This document shows, one piece after another, positions 54,317-64,000 of a DNA stretch of 64,000 nt; the first letter of the stretch is position 1, and the number at the start of each line of letters is the position of its first letter. Source of the stretch: Camelus ferus (lineage: Eukaryota). The DNA lies in the NCBI RefSeq assembly GCF_009834535.1, contig NC_045697.1, positions 64,358,001-64,422,000 on the forward strand. The letters are read 5' to 3'. The notes below the pieces were generated by a model that was not told where the DNA came from, ran no database searches, and saw only the letters and a list, made by a program, of their open reading frames with translations. The position numbers and the translations under genes are program-made.

Positions 54317-55824
54317 ATTTGAGGTAATATTTAAGGTCAGTATTTATTTTTAATAAAAGCATATGTAATGTCTGCTACATTAGATCCAATAATTTTTCAA
54401 GTCACAAAAAAATATCCAGATAGATACTTGGTCTTTTGGCTATTGTAAAAGGCAGTTACTCCTGAAAAAATGAAAAATTAAGTGGATGCAGTATATGGGA
54501 TGTATAAATTGTCTAGAGTGAAGAAAGGGGACGAAGTCTATGGGAGAATTAAAGTAGTTTCAGTCTTCACCTCTTCAGTTAAAAACCCCAGTAATTTACT
54601 ATGTACCTAGAATGCATGAGGGATACCAGAATGGATGAGGCACTTCCTCTCCTTGATGTAATAAGTACTATTTTTGTAGTCTGCACAGATACTTGCAAAT
54701 CATTTTTAAGTGTGGTATCTCATTTGATGCTTATAGGTATCCACTGATGTGGATACTATTTCCATTTAGTCTGACATCAAATTCCATAAATCTATTTTAT
54801 TGATGAAAATGCATTATAAATTTTAATTAGCCTTAATACAATAGTAGCATACATATCTATCTTCTGCCCATCAAGGGTTTTTAAGGTGATAATTTAAGTG
54901 TCTTATTCTCAATTTGGTTGTAATTCTGCAACTAAAAGTGTGCCTTCTGATGCCATATTAATGTTCAGTTCCCAATTTAGTCAACATTTTTAGAGCAGCA
55001 ATATTTGGGAGGAAAATCTGTGATTTTCTCTCTCTCTGTCTCTTTTGCTTTCTCCCTCCCTTACTCCATCTTTTTTTTTTTTTAACTAAGCATTTGACCT
55101 TTTTATTACAAGTACTCTGAAATATTTATCTGTCAGGGGTGGGGAGATTAGAAGTTGTTACAGAACTAACACAGAGAAATAGGAGAGGTAATATCTGGCA
55201 TAGGAAAACAGGACCTTGAGGTAAAAAATAGAGTATTATCTTGAGAAAGAAATGCCTTACTACCCTCTATCTATTCTTTCAGCTTGCTAAGGTCCAAGCC
55301 TAGAGGACTTGGTTCACAGAGTTTTAGAAAAATAATTCATTTGTCTCTAATAATAAATCAAGGAAACAAACTGCTCAATGGCAGAGGCAGGTATGGAAGT
55401 ATCATATAAGAAGTGATCATTACAAATATCTAACAGCTGTTACAGCAGAGACTGAGGTCATTCAGAGGAGACATTAGCCATGGTTCAGGAGCAGTCTTAG
55501 AGTCCCTCACTAAGTCAGAATTAACCCTTTTGTTTCTGGATGACAGGATGTCCACTGGCTGCCAGAGAAGACTGGTTGGGTGACTTGGGGGTGCTGGGGA
55601 TTTCAGAGAAATGGCTACTTACCAAACTATATGGAATTATTTGCATATTTTATCAACTGGTTTGATGCTACCATTGTGTACCATTTGAAGCAATAATAAT
55701 AAATAATAATAAAATATATAAATAAAATAAAAAATAAAAAATACCTAATAAATAATTAAGGTAACACACCGCTTTAACAAAGATAAAATATAGAAATGGC
55801 ATGATCAAGAACTGCTTTAGGTTT

Positions 55825-55935
55825 GAGGCTCTCTGCATTGGTGACATTTGAATTGATATCCGAATAATGAGAAGGAAAAAGTACTAGAAAAGTGCTGGGA
55901 AGAATATTCTAGCGGATGAGGCCAGCAAGTACACC
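55825..55935 (-). mobile_element. L2 fragment
   Basis: GGTGACATTTGAATTGA...GAATAATGAGAAGGA...GGGAAGAATATTCTAG...CAGCAAGT. Confidence 0.7.
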
Positions 55936-56269
55936 ATGTGACTTAAAATCAGCATTTCAGCACATGTATTCATATATTCCTAACCATTTAGCAATTACTA
56001 TGAAAATATTACATATTAAAGATATTAGAGTGAAAGAAATGGGAAAGAGAGCTTGGAGCAGAAGAAGAGAGCTGTCAACAGAGGAAAGCAAAAGAATTAT
56101 GATTAGAATATAAAACACTATGGAAATTTGAAGGCAAACTAATTTCTCAGTGAGAGGTCATTAATTACAATAGAAAATATGCCTAAAATCTGTGTGTGGT
56201 TCAGATGCCTGGTTTTCAAAGTGTCTATTGAGTACCTTTTGAAGTATGACTATGTTTAAGTATGAGATC

Positions 56270-56686
56270 AAGGATTTGCAATCACTTAGTTTACAGCCTC
56301 TGTATCCACACTCTTGAGTATTTTCCTCTGACAATGAAATCTGAGCTTGGCCATACAGTTTGCTTTAGCCAAGAAAATGTGATGCAAGCAAAGGCTTTAT
56401 AAGTTCTTGGGCATCAGAGCTTATTTTCTCCTCCTGCTTTTTGGAAACCAGAGATCACAATGTGGAGAAGTCCAGCTAGGCTACTATAAGATAAGGGATG
56501 ACTTAGAGCAAGGAGACCAGCTGAGACCCTCAGATCAAGCTGCCTGTCCAATGCAGGTTCCACTCGAACCATCTTAGCCAAGAAGAACCACACAACCGAT
56601 GCACAGAACTATGTGAATATAATACTTGCTATTTTAAATAACTAAGTTTTGTGATGGTTTGTTACACAGCAAAAGTTGACTAATAC
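56270..56686 (+). mobile_element. MLT1G/H-like MaLR solo LTR
   Basis: CTGAGCTTGGCCAT...TTGCTTTAGCCAA; terminus CTAAGTTTTGTGATGGTTTGTTACACAGCAAAAGTTGACTAATAC. Confidence 0.8.
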
Positions 56687-58819
56687 TGGGCCAAAGGAGA
56701 GAAATGAGTGAGTAGCAAGTATCTGACATAAAAGTGAAGTATACTGTGAAAAGAAATTGCTTAGATGCCTAAATCCTGAGGTAGTTATTACATCAATAAC
56801 AAGAAAAACTGCCAAGAAATTTAATTCTTTTCAATTGCAATCCAAGAAAAATAAAATAAAGTGTATGACCTCTGTGCCAGGCATTGTGCTAAGTAAGAGG
56901 GTATAAAAATAAACACACCTTCCTTCAAGCTGCTCAGAGATTCAGGATATAGGGGGTGGGGTGGGAGGTGAGAGTCAAGTTTTAATTAATCATTTCAGCC
57001 TTGCATCAGTTCTCAGGGACCAGAATCTCCCAACTGCAAGTTTTTAAAAACTACAAAGCAAACCACATTTCATTTTTCTCTTCTCTTCTAAAAACAGCAA
57101 TTCGTCCCCCAAATTAATTATACTGTTATTAGTACATACACACCAATACTTTTAAATATTTTTAAAATATTCCTCTTTACAAATATTACAGAAAGGTAAT
57201 GTTTAGGAATGATTATGAGTGATCTTAAAGTGTAATGACTGAAAACAGTATCCCTGTGACTTAAAGGTGTACTTAACCCTCCTTCCACTGCTCCCTGCCT
57301 CGCCCACCATTCACCTGCTGCAGTAGGAGACTGATCCAAAGAGCAAGTATGTCACCCTCATCTACTCAGTCCTCTTAAAGTGGACATTGGGGCAGAGTAA
57401 GAATGGCTGTAAAAAGAAATAGACTTTATAAGGAATATAAACTGGCAATCTCTTTAACCACTTTCCTTTTCTTTTTTTTTTTTTTTTTTTTTTACCATTT
57501 TTTATATTCCCTTCCACCAAAACGAAATTCTGATCTCTCCTGATCATGTTCACTACATCTCTGCACAGATCCCTCTTTGCAGTCCTATAAAGGCACATCA
57601 GGATCTGGAGTCATGTAAAATCAAAAAGGGCACCACAGAGCCCCTGTTTCCCATAGAATTTGACCTTTCCCCCTATGGCTGCAGCTACTCAAATGAAGGC
57701 ACAATTATGAGTATTGAATGTTATTCTACTATTCATTTCCCATATCTTGCATTCTCTTCTTCAGTTTTCTATCCCTTCTTCAAATTATTGTTTGCAGATA
57801 GTTTACCTTCTTTAAAAGTTTTTTTTTAAAATAAAAGTCTTACTTACGTTATAGCAGTAGGTTTTATTTTGATGGATTAAAAACACTAAGAATTTGAGTT
57901 GCTCACAGAATTCAATAAAAAGAGATTAGACTTGTACACAAGTCTTCCTATTTCCCTAGCTACATTTCTCTGTGGAATACGAGTACTTGTGTATTCTTGT
58001 TACCTTTTTAGGCTTATGATAATTCACAATCTGTCCTGAAGATTGGGCTAAAAAGCAAAGATTAAGTCAAATGTTTTGGCATAGAATGTTTTGAAATGAG
58101 CATTCCTGCAGGATTCAGGAAGGAAGATATTGCCAATAAGGACAAGCTGTAGGCACAATTATAAATAAGTGAATTCTAAACGTGCTGCCCCTCTGTCTGT
58201 TCTCCCAGTGTCACTGGGCACTTCCTCTCAAGTTCATAGCATCGGAATATCCCCAGGATGCTTTGAGCTCTTCACTGTAATGACTCATCAGATCTTGTAT
58301 TTCTTTAATTTCATTACAAACATTAAAAGTCATTTTCATGTCACTCTTCCCATTCATTCCCAATTTTTCCAGGATCACTGCTTTTTTAAAAATGTGCACA
58401 AAGTAATTTTGAGGCGAGATACTTCTATTAGTAGCTATACTTATCACCACTTTTCACTCAGGGCCAAACACCATGCCCTACAAATATTAAGGCATTAATA
58501 AATACTTGTTGATAATGATCTGATCCTTTCTGTGTTCCAAATCCCCTACTCCAAGAAACAAAAGAAAATGTTGTAAGTTCCAGTGGACAAAGATTTTCAG
58601 CTGTAGGGGAGCAAGGCCATTTATGTTGGCTGTTTCAGTACACCTCTCCAGAGGCTGCTCCTCACACTTGATCTTGGGAGAATCATCTCCTGGAAGTGTA
58701 CACGGCCATCTGTCTAACCAAAACGGCCACTCTGAAATCACTGTTCCACAATTTTACATCCTTTAAACTCCAAGCCACGGTACAACTGTTTACTGTAGAT
58801 TATAGGAAATGTTTAGGTA

Positions 58820-59145
58820 TAAATAGGCAAAATTATTTTCACAAACCTAAAATATGGAAGAACACAGAGGGTAGGAATAAAAACAGGGTCTCACTAAGGT
58901 CTGGGATTAATAACTGTGAGTTCAGAAACCATGGTTACTCTCTTGGGTTTGTAATGCTCTGTGGTTTCCTATCTCTCTGCCTGCAGACTGCTTCTCTCTG
59001 ACTCTAGTTCCAGTTCTCCATGCAGTCTAGCTCCACTGCCAAAGTCACTGGAAATTCTTTATTATAATTTCAAATTTCTGGGAGAAGGAATTGAGTTAAT
59101 CAAGTGTGGACCAGGTATCCACCTCAACTGTGGCCAAAAAGGAGG
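58820..59145 (-). mobile_element. Old MLT1 LTR fragment
   Basis: CAAATTTCTGGGAGAAGGAATTGA...CCAGGTATCCACC..CAACTGTGGCCA pattern. Confidence 0.45.
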
Positions 59146-59309
59146 ACTTAAGAAGTTGCTGTTTTCTCACCTGAAATTTTAGGAGCTAAAAACAGCAAAC
59201 TCAATGAGAAAGCAGCATGGTAGAAAGGAAATTCTGTATATTGCTAGGACATTAGGTTTATATAAATTTATGCTCATTATCATTCCCAAACATAAACCAA
59301 CAACTTCTT

Positions 59310-59490
59310 ACAACATGTGTATCATAACATAACACTATGTTCCAAGCAATCCCTCTTATATATTTATCATATAATTCTCAATCAAAATATGATTTAAGTA
59401 TTAATGTTATCCTCATTTATGGATGATAAATCAAAGTTTAGAATGTTTAATTAACTCTTCTGAGGTCATGTAGCTAACAAGTAGCTACTT
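59310..59490 (-). mobile_element. MIR SINE
   Basis: TATCCTCATTTATGGATGATAAA...TAACTCTTCTGAGGTCATGTAGCTAACAAGT. Confidence 0.7.
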
Positions 59491-59538
59491 TTCCAGTAAC
59501 TCTGTATTTGTCTTGTCATCATTTCTTTGAGGGAGAGG

Positions 59539-59580
59539 TGTTTGTTTGTTTGTTTGTTTGTTTGTTTGTTTGTTTGTTTT
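59539..59580. repeat. (GTTT)n microsatellite
   Basis: Seen directly. Confidence 0.97.
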
Positions 59581-60331
59581 ATATCTCTTGACAACACCTA
59601 GCCCAGTGTCATGGATAAAATAGGTAAGAAATTAGATTAGGTTAACTGAGTTAAATGAAGTGTTGAAATGAAAAATTAGGCAACTTCAGTCTTTACTTTG
59701 TAAATATGATATGGTCGAAGGTTTAGAGAGAGATATTGGAACTGTCTTTCTTCTTAGGTTGGCCTTTTATGACTATGTTAAAACAACTATATTCAAGGGC
59801 TTTGAGATTATCCTGCTTTACAAATGAGCAGTTCTCCATAGTGAGTTGCAATAGATAAGCCAGTTCATTTCCATTCCAAGCACTTTAAATAAACCACAAC
59901 AAAAGTGTAGTACATTCTTGTAAAAGAAAATTTTTTGTTTGCCTTTACATGTGTTGTTTGACTATTTTTAAATGTACTTACTGGGACTAGCTTCAACGCA
60001 TTGTTGAAAAAATAATTTTATTTAAATTGACTTATTTGAATCACATAAACTAAGAAATTAAATTTTTGAAAGAATATTTTCAAAACTAGTGAGATATTTC
60101 AAGGCAAAATCCAGTCATATGATTTAAGGAACAAATTTCCTTCTTGTTTGCTTAAATGCTGGTGGAATTTACTAAGGATTTACTATAATATTTGCTAAGA
60201 TTAGATGAGCAGGTGTGGCATGTTATATTTCATTAATGTTAGTGACCACCTGTGCTTAAGAAAATGCTTTTTAACTTGAATGTCATTCAGATGAATTTTT
60301 CAAACCTTTATTTCAATCCAATCCTCCACAG

Positions 60332-60521
60332 GCCATCAGGGATGTATTTACCGCTAATCGGGAAAGGAATTAATACAAACAGTGTATAGGAACTGACGGA
60401 GGTAGCATCATGATGTTCAGTTTGCCTGACTATACATCTAGGGCAGTACAAATTAAATTGGATTCCTCAATGTTTGATCTGATCTACTTGTGAAGGCAAC
60501 AACGGGAGAAAAAAGCAAACT
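60332..60521 (+). other. Candidate non-coding internal exon (190 nt) or conserved element
   Basis: Acceptor TTTCAATCCAATCCTCCACAG| and donor ACT|GTAAGT. Stops in all three frames; several retained CpGs. Confidence 0.35.
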
Positions 60522-60619
60522 GTAAGTGTCCATCTGATTGATGGCGTGTGTTCAACTTCTATGATAGTGAGCAAAAGTCAAAGTGATCAGCCAAATAATA
60601 TCCTGAGAGATACTAATCA

Positions 60620-60795
60620 CACCGTGTTAGGTCTGGAAAGGACCTTAGGGATCACCTGGTATATAGCATCACTTAATAATCTAGTAAACCCAGTCTTACA
60701 GGGAATGCATTTTACTTAGCGTTTCACTTTGAGTTATTGAAAAAGCCAAGCTGAAACTTCATATTCCCTGCCTCCAAACCACTGTCTTTTCAGTT
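60620..60795 (-). mobile_element. MIR/MIR3 relic
   Basis: GTTAGGTCTGGAAAGGACCTTAGGGATCACCTGGT ... CCTGCCTCCAAACCACTG. Confidence 0.6.
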
Positions 60796-61144
60796 AGCAA
60801 TTTTTGAGACCAAGGGTTAGAGAATATGAGGGTGGGGGGTGGGCTCTGCGGAAGGGATGGAGCACTGGAGGAAAAAGGAGAAATGCTGCTTTAAGGATGC
60901 TGGTGACCTGTGATGTTTTAATGAAAGAATAATTTTTACTTGGTGCTCTACCCATGATAAGTCTACCTAAATATTTATATACAAGAGACTAAGAAACTGT
61001 CAGAGGAGGCTATAAGTTAGTTCCATTTTCTCAAGGGACATTTTCAATGTTGTTCAATTAATTGCCTCATCATAATGTGGTTATATCTTGTGGAAGGTAT
61101 GCCTATATTACCTTCTGTGCATTAATACGAAACCTTCCTTTATT

Positions 61145-61618
61145 CAGTGAAGTGCTGGAGCTGGCTTGTATCCATCTGGGACTCAAGTGTTAAATTTTCA
61201 AAAATTTTTTGAGCTAATGTTTAAATACAGTCACTACTAAAAGTTAAATTATATAAACTTCCAGTGAAATAAACTGTTAAAATCATAAAGCTAAATACTC
61301 AAGACTCATCATTTCCTATTTGTTTTACTATATTTTAGTGGTACCTATTATTCACTATTTACTGTTATCTATTTTACTATTATTTTGAGGTTACTTAATA
61401 ATATCAATCTACCTGTATAGTAGAAATACTACATAACGTAGTGTGCTACGCAAATCCCTTTCCAACTTTTAATCAGTCATGTATGATTGGTACTTTGAAA
61501 TCAGCCACAGTAAGGGTATTTATACCACAGAAATCAGCAAACACTACAAACAAGGGCTTGATACATTGATTTTTTTTCCTACTCCCAGAAAGCTAATACA
61601 TTTACCAGCACACAACTG
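61145..61618 (+). mobile_element. MER63-like hAT-Blackjack element
   Basis: TIRs CAGTGAAGTGCTGG / CCAGCACACAACTG. Internal TTAAATTATATAAACTT, AAATACTCAAGACTCATCA, GAAATCAGCAAACACTACAAA. Confidence 0.85.
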
Positions 61619-61864
61619 CTTCTAATCCACTTAAGCTCCATCTTGCACCTTAAGCAGAAGTTGAGATCTCAAGTTGGCCACCACTTTTAAACAAAAGTCC
61701 TAACTTACCTGATGCATTTCAATTTTCTAGAAGGCTAGGGCATGCTTGTGTATTTATTCATAGGATGTGATAGTTTGCTACAGTGGCAGGAACTGTAGCT
61801 AAACAGCTATGGAAGCAGATTGACCAAAGTCCCAATCCTACTCCTGCAAATTGGCGTCTTTTCT

Positions 61865-62015
61865 TAACCTCCCAGACTTTATTTTCCGTATACCTAATGT
61901 ATACAGGTAATAATACCTGCCTCATAGTGTTGTTTTGAAGGTTGAACAAGACAAACAGCATGAAATGCTTGAAACATTGCTTGAATTAGCACACAATTAA
62001 TACATACTAATGCAT
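61865..62015 (+). mobile_element. MIR 3' part
   Basis: TAATAATACCTGCCTCATAGTGTTGTTTTGAAGGTT. Confidence 0.7.
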
Positions 62016-62882
62016 TCTTATTCCATTATAACCAGGGAAATTTCTGTATATCTAAAATCAACAATAGCAGCAGTAACAACAATAAAAAATCAAAACCAGC
62101 CTCATGTTCATTAATTTGTATTTGAAGCCAGGCTGGTATGAGTACAGGAGGATTGAATTTGACTGAAAATTTGCCACAGAGGTCACAGCCATGCAAGGAG
62201 CAGTGACCCGTAAATACTAGCACCACCATGTGGAACCCTGAGAATGAAATGGACCAGACACCCTGAATCTTCGAGTCCATCACGCATACAGACACATAGC
62301 CTTGGATTAGCTTCACCGAAGTGTGAACGCAAAGTAGGTGCCAGCCTATTCCCAAACATCACTCCTCCCACAAGTATATTAAAGTTTGCCTGTCAGTCCT
62401 CAGGATGTCTTCCCTCCACTCTGTGAATTCTGTGTAGTGAAACAACAGATTTATGAGTATGTCATTGAAGTCTTTTTTTTTCTAAAATAAGTACCCTGGA
62501 GGTCTTTGTAATAGCTCTTAAACCAACCATTGTTCTAGAGCAATACCAGGTTATGGGAGTGGGGGTGAGGCCAGCTGGTAAGGAGGCAAACATTGAGTTG
62601 TTCTTCAGGAAAAGTAGACTGCCACAGAAACATACTGCAGGGAATATTATATCTGAAGGGATTTCTGCACTTCCAGCCAGAGGGCGTCTGACTTCACTAA
62701 CTGATACAAGTCACTGGAGTTACACTGACAATGAAAATGCAATGTACACTCTTGGGTAGGCCTAGTTCTAGCAGTGAGATGCAATGAGTCTGAGATGTGA
62801 ATGTACCAGGGCCTGAAAGGAAATGGGCAGAGGTCTTTGAGAATGAAGGCTGGACCTGAAAAAATATAAGAAAAAGAGCACT

Positions 62883-62995
62883 GAGAGACAGAAAAGAGAG
62901 AGAGGGACAGAGAGGGAGGAGGAGAGGGAGAGGGAGAAGGAGAGGGAGAGGGAGAGGGAGAGGGAGAGTTAGAGAGAGAAGGGGGGGGAGAGAAG
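62883..62995. repeat. (GAGAGG)n polypurine repeat
   Basis: Seen directly; it produces the SP-repeat ORF on the minus strand. Confidence 0.95.
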
Positions 62996-64000
62996 CAAAT
63001 GTCTAAAAAGTTGTTAAGGGAATAGCTTTTGTTATGGATCAATTGTGTTTTAAGCTCCTTCTCATTTTCAGGCCCTAATCCCTATACAAAAACTAATACA
63101 TTGGAGGTTTCTCTAAAAATGTTATCCCTTTCCTTTTCCCTTGAGGCCCCTCCCACTTGGAAGAAGTCCTTGTACTTGAATTTAAGGCTATTGACCTAGG
63201 GCTCCCACCTGCCACAGCATTCCTGATGAAGAACCTAATCTGAATCATTCAGGCAGCCAGGCAAATATGCCTGTGTTTGTTCTCCCACTGCATTTCAATT
63301 CAGGCCATGTGGGCAATCAATAGAGAGTGTAAAATAACAGGAGCACGCTTGGATACACATCTCTAAAGGCCTGCATTACCACCTCCCAAACAGCTTCAAA
63401 TGCTGGCGGTGATTGCCCAATGACAAAATCACCACTGCTTACTATGCTCACTTAGAACATCATCTTTAGCTGTCATAGCCCACGGCCCTGTAGAAAGAAA
63501 CCTGATAAACCCCCTTACAGAGCACCAACCTCTAATTTACAGGACTGGTATGACTTTTACTATTTCCTTCCTTATTAATAACTTATAAAATGAAAATTTT
63601 CTAATTCAGTAATTCTTACAATTTACTTATATTTGCAAAATATGGATTAATTTTCATTAAAACAAAGAATTTTAACTCAAGCTTTAGATAATTTCCTGCT
63701 CAGAGTTAGACTCGGCTAGTGGTGTTTGAGACAGTTGAGAAGTATTGTGGCAAAGAGCAGCGCAAACCCTAGTTTCTGTTTAAACTGCGGTGTGGGCAAT
63801 CACGTTTGCTCCTTTGTTTCTAAGGTCTGAGCTGTTTGAATTGTACGGTAAACTTGAAATGATAAGGCTGCAATAAAACCACTTGAAACACCTTATAGGA
63901 TGATAGAATTCAAACTCCCATAAACTCCAAAAGAACTGATTGGATTTCCCTTGGTAAACAAAAACTGCAGTTTGAGTACAGAAAATAAGATAAAGAACTG

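Noticed and set aside
55521..55765. TTAACCCTTTT start suggesting a piggyBac element, followed by an A-rich tract
   Set aside because: No matching GGG-TTAA inverted terminus or clear TSD found.
62647..63042. 131-aa minus-strand ORF with SP repeats
   Set aside because: Produced by the (GAGAGG)n simple repeat.
63933..63945. GAACTGATTGGAT, resembling the 3' half of miR-217
   Set aside because: The seed half is absent and no precursor hairpin is evident; chance match.
1..64000. CRISPR arrays, rRNA/tRNA genes, non-retroviral viral inserts, processed pseudogenes
   Set aside because: No repeat-spacer structure, RNA gene signature or recognisable peptide seen. A heavily decayed copy could be missed without a translated database search.

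Overview
AT-rich, CpG-poor placental mammal DNA that looks intergenic or intronic. The L1 3' ends are laurasiatherian in style. I recognised no order-specific SINE (Alu, B1/B2, Can-SINE, Bov-A, ERE, PRE). No intact protein-coding gene, rRNA, tRNA or CRISPR array is supported. Much of the window is decayed transposable elements: several L1s (two apparently internally deleted), a class I ERV gag-pro-pol fossil (~28960-32730) with an LTR inside it, a MER4-group ERV fragment with nested MaLR and L1 insertions (~14660-18043), MaLR/ERVL solo LTRs, hAT and Tigger MITEs, MIR/L2 relics and microsatellites. The best non-repeat candidates are a possible first exon at ~33700-33975 (Kozak ATG open to a GT donor) and a possible 190-nt non-coding exon at 60332-60521. 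Repeat family names come from my recollection of consensus sequences and need a Dfam/RepeatMasker check. I found no convincing evidence of a novel biological system; the findings are structural oddities and candidates.
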